Positions 8,725 through 16,843 of a stretch of DNA of 36,046 nucleotides are shown one piece after another. Origin of the DNA: a virus. Taxonomy: Duplodnaviria; Caudoviricetes. The stretch's first letter is position 1; each line of letters opens with the position of its first letter. The notes beneath the pieces were generated by a model, which saw only the letters and a program-made list of their open reading frames with translations, had not been told where the DNA came from and did no database searches. The stretch spans positions 1 to 36,046 of the IMG/VR virus record IMGVR_UViG_3300027732_000064, one strand, 5' to 3'. The translations under genes and the position numbers were made by a program.

Positions 8725-10673
8725 TGGCACAAACTGATCTGCAACAGGTTCTTGATACCTTCACCGTCGAGGAGTTGCAAGCACTCAAGGCGGGGAACAA
8801 CAACGCCATCCCGCTGCCAAAGTTGCAGGCAGTGCAGGCCGCGCTCGCACCAGCACCACAAGCACCTCAAGGTGAGACTCCAAGTCAGCGACTGCGATCT
8901 CTTGCGCAGGGTATTACCTTTGGCAGTTCCGACGAGTTGGAGGCATACCTTCAGTCGCTGGCCGGTGTACCTTACGACGCGGCAGTTGCAGACATCAGAT
9001 CAAAGTTAGAGGCTTACAGGAAAGACAGCCCATACGAGGCACTTGCGTATGAGGCTGGTGGTGCAATATTGCCTGCAATCGCAGCCACAACCTTAACTGG
9101 TGGTGCAGCAGCCCCAGTCGCACTCCCTGCGCTATTGGCTCGCGCCGCTGGCGTTGGAACGTTACAGGGTGGATTGACTGGGTTTGCAACTGGTGAGGGT
9201 GACTTCTTTGAAAGGTCAGGGCGTGTTGTTCCTGGCATGGCTGTTGGAGCAGTCGCTGGCCCAGTCGGGACTACGCTTCTCACTGGCGGTAGCGCAGTAG
9301 CAAACAAACTGATTGACTTTACAAGGCGCACCATTGGAGGCCGTGGCGCAAAGGCGGTTGAGACAGAGATTCAGCGGCTGGCCACAGAGTCAGGGCTTAC
9401 CACTGACGAGATCGTGGACAGGGTCGCCAAGGGCGAGATCATGGCAGAGAACGCCACCTTGCAGTCAATGGTACGTGCGATGTACACCCAGGGCGGTCCT
9501 GCGTCGGCCACCATAGGCAAGGCACTCACTACGCGTCCCAACATCATGCGTGATGAGGCGATGAAGCAGATGCGCGCTGGATTGTCTCCTACCGGCGACA
9601 AGAATATCTTGCGCCAGTACAAGATGGACGAGGCAGACATTAAGGTCGCAGAGAACGCCATGTACAACGCCGCGTTTGAGCAGGGCGGCGTAGTTGACAA
9701 GCCAATGCTTGATGCCTTCTCAGCGGCCCTGCAACGCGCTCCACAGGCAGCAAACAACATCAATCAACTGTACAGAGCCACAACAGGCAAGGCCCCATTC
9801 TTCACGTTCAAGGATGGGAACATCGAGTACAGCCGAACCCCAAACCTTGAGGATATGGAAATTGTCCGTCGCGGTATTCAGGACGAGGCAAACAAGGCGT
9901 TCTCCCAGGGTGCTGGCGGCGTTGGAACTGCACTCAAGGACGTTGAGTTGCAGTTGCGCAACTCCCTTGACCAGTCATCCAAGGCGTTGGCTGGTGCTAG
10001 ACAGACGGCTGCACAGACACGGTCTGCGCGTGACGCGTTCCAAGAGGGACGCAAGGCGTTTACTAAGAGCGCGGACGAGGTCGCTGTAGAGTTTGAGTCT
10101 ATGTCTCCTGCCGCAAAGCAGGCGTATCGGTCAGGTCTGATGGACGCAACGCGCACTCGGATGGCCACAGGCTCACGCAAGAGCATGATGGGACGGTTTG
10201 CCGATGAGAACCTTAAAGAGGGTCAGATTCTGCGCAATGTATTCCCTCAAGATCAGTTGGACAATTTGCTTGGCTCTGTCAACGTGGCCGCTGGCTCTCA
10301 ACGTGCAGCCACCGGCATTCTTGGCGGCTCTCCTACGGCAGCAAGCCTGCAACAAGGTCAGCGCATCGGGATGAACATCTCTCCCGAAGAGGTCACAAGC
10401 GCACTTAGCGGTAACGTCATGTCGGGATACCGAGTCCTGCGCAAGTTGGTGGGACAGAACACCGGCAACTTGACAGATGCGCAGTCAGATCAAATCGCTA
10501 GAATTCTTGTGTCTCAAGACCCTCAAGTTGTCCGCAATGCTTTGGTTGATGAGAGCGCAATGGCTGCTTTGCAGGACGCGATTAAGCGTTTGTCTTACAA
10601 GGTGGCAGTCGGAGCGCCTGGTGCGGTTACTCAGATCGGTGCTGGCCGCCTTCAGCCAACACAACAAAAGTAA
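8724..10673 (+). CDS. Large DNA transfer/ejection protein
   Basis: QGITFGSSDELEA motif followed by hydrophobic Gly/Ala segments and a long helical body. Confidence 0.7.
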   Translation: MAQTDLQQVLDTFTVEELQALKAGNNNAIPLPKLQAVQAALAPAPQAPQGETPSQRLRSLAQGITFGSSDELEAYLQSLAGVPYDAAVADIRSKLEAYRKDSPYEALAYEAGGAILPAIAATTLTGGAAAPVALPALLARAAGVGTLQGGLTGFATGEGDFFERSGRVVPGMAVGAVAGPVGTTLLTGGSAVANKLIDFTRRTIGGRGAKAVETEIQRLATESGLTTDEIVDRVAKGEIMAENATLQSMVRAMYTQGGPASATIGKALTTRPNIMRDEAMKQMRAGLSPTGDKNILRQYKMDEADIKVAENAMYNAAFEQGGVVDKPMLDAFSAALQRAPQAANNINQLYRATTGKAPFFTFKDGNIEYSRTPNLEDMEIVRRGIQDEANKAFSQGAGGVGTALKDVELQLRNSLDQSSKALAGARQTAAQTRSARDAFQEGRKAFTKSADEVAVEFESMSPAAKQAYRSGLMDATRTRMATGSRKSMMGRFADENLKEGQILRNVFPQDQLDNLLGSVNVAAGSQRAATGILGGSPTAASLQQGQRIGMNISPEEVTSALSGNVMSGYRVLRKLVGQNTGNLTDAQSDQIARILVSQDPQVVRNALVDESAMAALQDAIKRLSYKVAVGAPGAVTQIGAGRLQPTQQK

Positions 10674-10684
10674 AAGGTACAGAC

Positions 10685-13252
10685 ATGGGACTACTTGACG
10701 AATTCTACGCACCTGACTACAGCAGACTAAAGCGCGGCCAGTTCAGGCAGGACACGCCAAAGATGCGCGAGTACGCTGCAAGCGCACCTGTTGATTTAGG
10801 GCGTGGAACGGTTGCTGGATTACTTGGTTTACTTAGCGATACTTTGAATTTTGCACCTGCCTATTCGCCAAAGCCAATGGAGCAGTTTGGTGATTTTGAC
10901 TATGCGCCATCGCAAAAGGTTCCATTCGGCTCTGAGGAGTTGCTTAAAACTCTTCCACTTGCACCGGCAGCAGATAACCCCGTAGGCAGGGCAGCAGGTC
11001 AGATAGGTACGTTTGCGCCGATGGTTCCAGTTCAAGCAGCACGTCTTGCAGGTCGCGGTGCTAAACAAGTAGGCAAGTTCGTTGCTCCCAAGGCTGGCCA
11101 GTTGGCAGAAAACTATATGCAAAGCATGGGGATGATGCCTGGGATTGTCTCTAAAGAGGGCGGCGGATTGCTTGGAGATGCGGCTGCTGTAGTTAGAACC
11201 CCAGAGGAACAATTGGTAATTGACAAATGGGGGCAAAAACAACTGCAAGAAAAAGCAAGAGCAAAAAAAGTTGAAAAGATGTCACTTGAAAGTGCTGGAT
11301 TAAGTCCAGAAGATCAGATTTCTACATTTAAGTCAAAAGGGAAAAGACAAAAAACAGATGCTGATTACTATCGGCAGATGGCAGAAAATTTAGGAGATGA
11401 GGCGGTACTGAAAAGTGCAACTCAGGGCCAACATTTAAAGCAAACAGCCGGAGGATATGTGGGTGCGCCTAGAACTGTAACCAGCGGCCAGGGATTGGGT
11501 GCAATGCGCCGCTCTATGGATGCTGACTTTAATGATGCCGTTGCTGCTGTTCGACTTGCAGATGAAAGCCGTTTAGGTACATGGTATGACCGAGCCAAGC
11601 AAGGAATTGCTGAAAGTTCAGAACCATATCAGTTAAACAGAACACTTGAACAGCATGGTGTTTATTCAGCCGGTGTAAGCCCAGAATCAGAATTAGGATT
11701 TGCATTAAAGCACTTAAACAGTCGCGTTGCTGGTACACCAGAAATGGCCTACCGAGGCGCACCAATGAGGAATTTGGATACTGCCGTAGCAGAAGGACTC
11801 CCAGCAAATATGGGTTTCAAGATTGGTGAGTACGCCAACAAGAACGACCCAAGGGTTCCTAACGCAGGATTATTTGGAGTAAACGATTTCCGTCGCGCCC
11901 AGGGTATGGGCTACACCGATCCGCAAGGCAACCCGTGGAAGGCTGGCGTGTCAGAGACTATGCACCCATTCATGGACGCTGAAACAGCGTTGCAAGTTGA
12001 CAGAGCAAACAAGTCAGCAGTTGGTGGAAGAGCCAACTGGGCCGGTCCTCAAATTCAGGAAGTTCCTTGGGTTTATGGGAAAGGTCAAGACCTATACAGT
12101 CGTGGATTAAATAGTCGATATGCGGGAGATGAATTAGAAGGTATCAAGCAAGCATTGCGTGATGCAAACAATACCGCCAGAGATTATTTCTACAAGCAAA
12201 CTGCATCTGCTACACATGAGGCGATACCTGGCGCAAGCACGGGTCATGTCCCGCAAATGATAGATGCTCCATTTGAACAAAAAATTGCTTACGGTAATAC
12301 TGGACGGTGGGATATGCCAGTTCCAGAATATGCTTTAAATGATATGGGAACTATTGGGGCTGGAAATAGAGATGCAATTTACAGTGCGCTAGGGTATCGG
12401 CAACTACCAACAATTCAGGCATCTGGTGCCTATTTTCCAGAAGGTTCTAAAATTGCAGAACATCAGCCCGTAAATATTGCACGGGTACTTGCTGATTTCC
12501 CAACAGGAGGTGGCGGTCTACTTTCCGATCCAACTCAGCAAACAATGAGTTTTGCAGAACGATTCCGCGCACTTAACGATGCGCAAGAGGCGTTTGGATT
12601 TAATTTACCCAACACAATGAACAGTGTTAAGGGTAAAAATTCATTAGTGCTTGATACTAGAGCATCAAACCCCATGAAACTTGACGAGCCATACACTGGA
12701 GTAATGCCAACAAGTACACAAATGGGTGCGCTCACTCAGGCCTTAAACGATACTGGTTATGGAATTTCTCCAACAAGTCGTGGGGCTACTGTATTCCCAT
12801 TTGATTCAAAATCTACCGCTGCTGATGTCAGAAAACTGATGAAAGAAAAAGGTGGGCTTCTACAAGAAATTTACCCATCCAACATGAAGCCATCTCTCAA
12901 TACATCAGGCTATGGACCAGGCGTTGGAACATACACACCAGAAGGATTTAAAGCCACTGAACCTTTCAGCGGAATGGCAACAATGGGTCTTCTTAAAGAG
13001 GCCTCATATTTACCTCCTAATGTGGCTTTGAATTTAGGGGAGTCTGAAAGCGTTAGAAATGCTATTAAGGCAAAGATGAACCGTGATGCGGCATTGCCAA
13101 ATGCAAGAGCCGACATTCAAGAATCACGTAGATTCTTTAGTGAGGCTGATTGGCCAAAAGCCGTAGAACTTATTCGCCAAGGTTATACCCCTGCGGCAGC
13201 ATTAGCAGCCCTTGGCTATTCAGCGTCCAGCATGGCTCAAGATCGACGTTGA
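10685..13252 (+). CDS. Large putative injected protein (855 aa): ejection-type N-terminus plus globular, possibly enzymatic, C-terminal region
   Basis: Last gene of the ejection cluster; repeated GLL motifs; becomes more AT-rich after about 11200. Confidence 0.65.
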   Translation: MGLLDEFYAPDYSRLKRGQFRQDTPKMREYAASAPVDLGRGTVAGLLGLLSDTLNFAPAYSPKPMEQFGDFDYAPSQKVPFGSEELLKTLPLAPAADNPVGRAAGQIGTFAPMVPVQAARLAGRGAKQVGKFVAPKAGQLAENYMQSMGMMPGIVSKEGGGLLGDAAAVVRTPEEQLVIDKWGQKQLQEKARAKKVEKMSLESAGLSPEDQISTFKSKGKRQKTDADYYRQMAENLGDEAVLKSATQGQHLKQTAGGYVGAPRTVTSGQGLGAMRRSMDADFNDAVAAVRLADESRLGTWYDRAKQGIAESSEPYQLNRTLEQHGVYSAGVSPESELGFALKHLNSRVAGTPEMAYRGAPMRNLDTAVAEGLPANMGFKIGEYANKNDPRVPNAGLFGVNDFRRAQGMGYTDPQGNPWKAGVSETMHPFMDAETALQVDRANKSAVGGRANWAGPQIQEVPWVYGKGQDLYSRGLNSRYAGDELEGIKQALRDANNTARDYFYKQTASATHEAIPGASTGHVPQMIDAPFEQKIAYGNTGRWDMPVPEYALNDMGTIGAGNRDAIYSALGYRQLPTIQASGAYFPEGSKIAEHQPVNIARVLADFPTGGGGLLSDPTQQTMSFAERFRALNDAQEAFGFNLPNTMNSVKGKNSLVLDTRASNPMKLDEPYTGVMPTSTQMGALTQALNDTGYGISPTSRGATVFPFDSKSTAADVRKLMKEKGGLLQEIYPSNMKPSLNTSGYGPGVGTYTPEGFKATEPFSGMATMGLLKEASYLPPNVALNLGESESVRNAIKAKMNRDAALPNARADIQESRRFFSEADWPKAVELIRQGYTPAAALAALGYSASSMAQDRR

Positions 13253-13455
13253 GTATTGCGCTTGTACCATGACTCAGCACCAAACGTTTGCGCCCTTCTA
13301 GCAGCAACTTCTTTGTTTGACAAAAGTTGTGGTGAACGCTCAAGTTCATGAACGTTGGCCAATAATTGTTGCATCAGTTCGGCGCACTCGTCAAAGTAAC
13401 TGCCTGGTTCAACGCTTTTTAAAAACTCAATTGCTTTGTCATACTTATCCATCAA
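13237..13455 (-). CDS. Hypothetical 72-aa protein, last gene of the leftward operon
   Basis: Coupled to the upstream stop (TTG 13455 or ATG 13452); overlaps the convergent 855-aa gene by 16 nt. Confidence 0.65.
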   Translation of the reverse strand: MMDKYDKAIEFLKSVEPGSYFDECAELMQQLLANVHELERSPQLLSNKEVAARRAQTFGAESWYKRNTQRRS

Positions 13456-13814
13456 TTACTCCCAAAGAACGCGGCCACCAACGGGTCGCGTTTGATCTTC
13501 CACTTCTTTGCGCGTTGCCTAGCCAAAGCAAAGGCGTGTTCCTCTACACCCTGACCATCACGGCACTTGCGTGAACGCTCCGCGCAGGGTACTGGCGGAG
13601 GCTTGACGGCATCTACCCCTATCCCGTAACGCCACATCGCTGCAATGCCTGCCTTCTGCCTTCTGTAGCCCTGTATGTGTATCAGCCCTGCCTTGCGCAA
13701 CTTCGTGATGATGATCTGGGTCCCGCGCAATCCGCAGTGGATTACCTTGGACAGTTCCGCTGATGTCATGGCCTTGGCCGTGATGAGTTCGATCACCCTG
13801 TCTCGCCTCTTCAT
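13452..13814 (-). CDS. Winged-HTH DNA-binding protein
   Basis: MTSAELSKVIHCGLRGTQIIITKLRKAGLIHI pattern; very basic. Confidence 0.65.
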   Translation of the reverse strand: MKRRDRVIELITAKAMTSAELSKVIHCGLRGTQIIITKLRKAGLIHIQGYRRQKAGIAAMWRYGIGVDAVKPPPVPCAERSRKCRDGQGVEEHAFALARQRAKKWKIKRDPLVAAFFGSN

Positions 13815-13924
13815 TTCCTAATCAGCCAGCAGTGCTGGCATATCCACCTGACTGGTGACATATCCACCCCACCATCGTGCGGCTTGGACTCCAAGCACTT
13901 GGCGCATATCTTGTACTGGCTCAT
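13811..13924 (-). CDS. 37-aa CxxC...CxxC zinc-finger microprotein
   Basis: Not in the track; MSQYKICAKCLESKPHDGGVDMSPVRWICQHCWLIRK; ATGA overlaps at both ends fill the gap exactly. Confidence 0.8.
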   Translation of the reverse strand: MSQYKICAKCLESKPHDGGVDMSPVRWICQHCWLIRK

Positions 13925-14289
13925 GCATTCTCCTGTGGTGGTGTGCAAGTGTGAATCACGGTGAGGTCTGCTGTGCGCTTACCGCAGCGTGAACAGAAGT
14001 TGCGCTCCTGCTCTGGTTCTTTGTAAATGTCCTTTGCCGTTAGATACTGAGTTACAACTTTGTCGTCTTCAAACCAAGTCTTCGTTCCAACCACAGGCTC
14101 TTGCTGTGCCAAGGCTGCTTTGACGGCGGTGATGGCTTTGTTTAACAGTTTGTTGTTTCCGTCAACATCAAAACAACCACTGTAATAGCCGTCCATTGCA
14201 CCTTCCAAACCAAAATGATTTCCTGTGCCATTTATTAAATTGTTGCTGCTTTCCAACGCCTCAAGCGCAAGTTTCAATGCTTCTTTCAT
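13921..14289 (-). CDS. Hypothetical early protein with C-terminal Cys/His motif
   Basis: EALKLALEALE start and RNFCSRCGKR...HTC; ATGA-coupled. Confidence 0.75.
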   Translation of the reverse strand: MKEALKLALEALESSNNLINGTGNHFGLEGAMDGYYSGCFDVDGNNKLLNKAITAVKAALAQQEPVVGTKTWFEDDKVVTQYLTAKDIYKEPEQERNFCSRCGKRTADLTVIHTCTPPQENA

Positions 14290-14498
14290 TCCACCACCTC
14301 CTGCTTGGCGGTCAATTGTTCCAAGCGTTTAATCCGTGCCACGTTGTAAGCAACGATGGCTGCGTGGTACTCCTGTGCCGATTGGTGGCGCAATTTGCTG
14401 CGCTGTGCGTGTATTAGTTCATCTGCCACTAACTCCGCAGGGGTTGGCATTACCCAATGGTTTGTAAACCATGCCCATACGTTTTTTAAGTGGTTCAT
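14286..14498 (-). CDS. Hypothetical early protein
   Basis: ATGA-coupled at both ends; GGAG SD. Confidence 0.75.
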   Translation of the reverse strand: MNHLKNVWAWFTNHWVMPTPAELVADELIHAQRSKLRHQSAQEYHAAIVAYNVARIKRLEQLTAKQEVVE

Positions 14499-14692
14499 TT
14501 AAAAATACTCCTTGCTAAAACTGTTTTGGTTGGCTCGCATTGCTTAGACTGTGCCTTGCTGTTGCTAAAGTACCCGATGGCAAAGCAGATGGCGGCAAAG
14601 ATGCCAACGCACTTTAGGAACGTCATAAGGTAGTCCCACATACGCTCGAACACGGTAGGCGTTTCTTCGTCTTCTACAAATTGAATCTTCAT
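14495..14692 (-). CDS. Small single-TM protein
   Basis: ATGA-coupled; hydrophobic CVGIFAAICFAIGYF. Confidence 0.7.
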   Translation of the reverse strand: MKIQFVEDEETPTVFERMWDYLMTFLKCVGIFAAICFAIGYFSNSKAQSKQCEPTKTVLARSIFK

Positions 14693-15159
14693 GGTGTTTT
14701 CTCCAAAATTACTCTTGCACGTTTCTTTTTAATTTCGCCAAGGACGATGTCCATAGCCTTCTCCATCGTGGCAATGGATGTCACCTCGACCTGGGCATCG
14801 TGTATCTCCATCCCAAGGTTGATGGCGTTCAGTTCTGAGGCTTTCAGCACAAACCGATACCCAGCATCCACACCACGCTTTGCGGCTGCGTATAGCGCGT
14901 CCTGGGCTGCCTTGATCTCATCCTTGTACTCTGACGCAACCCCAAGACGGCAGAGTGCCTCCATGATGTTGAATGCCTCAATGATGTAGTCGATGTCAAG
15001 GCGGGTGGCAACGCCACGTCTTAGGGCATCAATCGCGCTGTGGTTCTTGATCTGAACGTCCACGATGCCAGCCTCTGCCACCGGCTTTAAGCCGTTTAAG
15101 ACCCAAGCCAATGGGTCAGGCAGTTGCGGCTTTGGCCTGTACTTACTGCGCTTTCTCAC
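14689..15159 (-). CDS. Conserved hypothetical phage protein
   Basis: GTGA-coupled; MRKRSKYRPK start and helical body. Confidence 0.75.
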   Translation of the reverse strand: MRKRSKYRPKPQLPDPLAWVLNGLKPVAEAGIVDVQIKNHSAIDALRRGVATRLDIDYIIEAFNIMEALCRLGVASEYKDEIKAAQDALYAAAKRGVDAGYRFVLKASELNAINLGMEIHDAQVEVTSIATMEKAMDIVLGEIKKKRARVILEKTP

Positions 15160-15422
15160 TGCTGCAACCCAATGATCTCAAGTTCAAGTTCCTTGACCCT
15201 GTCCTTGTTACACTGGTTCTCGTACTCCATTTGGGCAAGGGCGCGGCCAGCGCGTTCCTTGACATCCTTCTCAGCGGCCAGCCACCCGACCAACGCGCCC
15301 TTCGAGGCTGCGCGTCTGACGATGTCTTGCACGTCACGGGCGGTGAGCAGTCCTGCGCTGCTTGGTGGTGGAGCCATCATCGCAACGATGGCATCAATCT
15401 CCTTTTGCATTGGCTCGCTCAT
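15156..15422 (-). CDS. Hypothetical early protein
   Basis: Likely start MSEPMQ at 15422, overlapping the upstream TGA. Confidence 0.7.
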   Translation of the reverse strand: MSEPMQKEIDAIVAMMAPPPSSAGLLTARDVQDIVRRAASKGALVGWLAAEKDVKERAGRALAQMEYENQCNKDRVKELELEIIGLQQ

Positions 15423-15502
15423 GATGACCACCACTGCACGAGTGACGCTGCCAATGCAACGCCGATGGCAACGGCCAGGGCGTAGTCCTTAAATGAATTC
15501 AT
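15419..15502 (-). CDS. 27-aa single-TM micropeptide
   Basis: Not in the track; MNSFKDYALAVAIGVALAASLVQWWSS; GGAG SD; stop overlaps the next ATG. Confidence 0.7.
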   Translation of the reverse strand: MNSFKDYALAVAIGVALAASLVQWWSS

Positions 15503-15647
15503 TTCGTACTCCATCGTTAAGTGAGCCAATGGCTCGGAGAAAACTATTTTGCTCTAATACCTGGCGACGCTCGATAGCCAGTTCGCGCATGAGTTGGGCA
15601 AGGTCTTCGACCTGCTCCGTGAGTTTTTGCTCTTCTTGTTCAGTCAT
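15489..15647 (-). CDS. 52-aa coiled-coil early protein
   Basis: ATG at 15647 with AAAGGA SD; MTEQEEQKLTEQVEDL... Confidence 0.7.
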   Translation of the reverse strand: MTEQEEQKLTEQVEDLAQLMRELAIERRQVLEQNSFLRAIGSLNDGVRNEFI

Positions 15648-15667
15648 CTTGTTTCCTTTCAGTTGCT

Positions 15668-15681
15668 GGGGCCGTAGCCCC
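15668..15681 (-). promoter_or_regulatory. Intercistronic hairpin with cUACGg tetraloop
   Basis: Minus strand reads GGGGC-TACG-GCCCC with no U tract, so more likely an mRNA stability/processing element than a terminator. Confidence 0.55.
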
Positions 15682-15687
15682 GTTGGG

Positions 15688-15876
15688 TTATTGGTAAGAC
15701 AAACCTTGAAACTCAAAAGAGTCTGCTAACTCTGGCGCAGCAGACTTGCGCACGTTAATGGAAATGCAAGCAAAACCATAACGCTCTGCAAGATATTCCA
15801 AAGCGTCTGGAGTGTTAGCCACTACCGTGATTTGGGTAGCATTGAAGTCTGCGGGAGAGAAAGTGAAATCGGTCAT
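15688..15876 (-). CDS. First early gene, hypothetical 62-aa acidic protein
   Basis: ATG at 15876 with strong AGGAGG SD; MTDFTFSPADF... Confidence 0.8.
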   Translation of the reverse strand: MTDFTFSPADFNATQITVVANTPDALEYLAERYGFACISINVRKSAAPELADSFEFQGLSYQ

Positions 15877-15919
15877 AAGACCTCCTAAAAATTGCCTTTC
15901 GGCGGTTGTTGATGGGTGA

Positions 15920-15948
15920 ATCATAATGCACATTGACTACTTCGTCAA
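15920..15948 (-). promoter_or_regulatory. Leftward sigma70 early promoter
   Basis: Minus strand TTGACG (15948-15943), 17 nt, TATGAT (15925-15920). Confidence 0.8.
15933..15948. promoter_or_regulatory. Palindromic operator overlapping the -35 box
   Basis: TTGAC-TACTTC-GTCAA; related copies at 15988, 18127 and 22153. Confidence 0.65.
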
Positions 15949-16026
15949 CTATTTATCTAGGTGTTTTCCCTAAGTGTTGCAAAATATTTGCATTTTTAGT
16001 CAACTAATCCGTTGTAAAATACCAGC

Positions 16027-16088
16027 GCGGGGTATTGTTTCCCCCGCAGTTGCCTTTGAGGGGGGAGTTCACGCTCTCCCCTTTTTTT
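16027..16088 (+). ncRNA. Putative small regulatory (antisense) RNA
   Basis: TAAAAT at 16015-16020, hairpin GCGGGG/CCCCGC (16027-16047), single-stranded linker, then a terminator; segments match the early-gene RBS regions. Confidence 0.5.
16058..16088 (+). terminator. Intrinsic terminator
   Basis: GGGGGGAG-TTCACG-CTCTCCCC followed by T7. Confidence 0.85.
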
Positions 16089-16096
16089 CTGTACAC

Positions 16097-16125
16097 TTGC
16101 GCTGTTCATCAACTTTAGTTTAACA
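16097..16125 (+). promoter_or_regulatory. Rightward sigma70 promoter for the Cro-like/replication operon
   Basis: TTGCGC (16097-16102), 17 nt, TAACAT (16120-16125). Confidence 0.55.
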
Positions 16126-16133
16126 TCGCAATC

Positions 16134-16373
16134 ATGGAAACTTCTACACAGCAAGCAATTAAGGCGATCCGAGATCGCGCAAAGTCGGCAGGGTTTCGGC
16201 TCTCCGACGTTGGCAGGGTTGCCAACATTGACCCAGCCCAACTCTCACGGTGGGCAACCGGCAAGACAGTTCCTTTGTACTCCAGCATCATTAAGTTGAA
16301 CGAGGCCGTTGACGCGCTGATCTCTGCACGGATGACGCAACTAGCGAAAGACATGGAAGAGGCCGTCAAGTGA
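16134..16373 (+). CDS. Cro/XRE-type HTH regulator
   Basis: LSDVGRVANIDPAQLSRWATGKTVP helix-turn-helix; first gene of the rightward operon. Confidence 0.85.
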   Translation: METSTQQAIKAIRDRAKSAGFRLSDVGRVANIDPAQLSRWATGKTVPLYSSIIKLNEAVDALISARMTQLAKDMEEAVK

Positions 16374-16843
16374 GGGTTATCAGTATCGACCCAGGACTCA
16401 GTGGAGCCGTCGCGCTGCACGTTGACGGGACACTTGAGTCCGTGACGGATATGCCGGTGGTCAGCATCATGCGCGGAAAGACTCAGAAACGTCAGGTATC
16501 AGCGCAGGGGCTGGCGACTCTCATCATTGATTTGAAGGCAGACCACGCAGTAATTGAGAAGGTGTCCGCAATGCCAGGTCAGGGAGTGAGTTCAATGTTT
16601 TCCTTTGGCCGCAGTGCTGGAGTGATTGAGGGAGTCTTGGCCGCGCTGATGGTTCCTCAGACCTTTGTGCAGCCGGCGGTGTGGACTAGAGCCATCACCC
16701 GTGGGATTGGCAAGGACGCATCCCGCAGCCGCGCAATGGAACTCTACCCATCGCATCAGAAAGAGTTTGCTCGCGCCAAGGACGATGGCAGGGCTGACGC
16801 TGTGCTGATCGGCTTTTGGTACTTGAGGGAGTTGACAAAGTGA
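16370..16843 (+). CDS. RuvC-like Holliday junction resolvase
   Basis: ISIDPGLSGA, VIEKV.AMPGQGVSSMFSFG and DGRADAVLI catalytic motifs. Confidence 0.88.
   Translation: MRVISIDPGLSGAVALHVDGTLESVTDMPVVSIMRGKTQKRQVSAQGLATLIIDLKADHAVIEKVSAMPGQGVSSMFSFGRSAGVIEGVLAALMVPQTFVQPAVWTRAITRGIGKDASRSRAMELYPSHQKEFARAKDDGRADAVLIGFWYLRELTK

Noticed and set aside
13237-16373. Classical lysogeny module (integrase, CI)
   Set aside because: No tyrosine or serine recombinase, ParA or S24-peptidase repressor is recognisable
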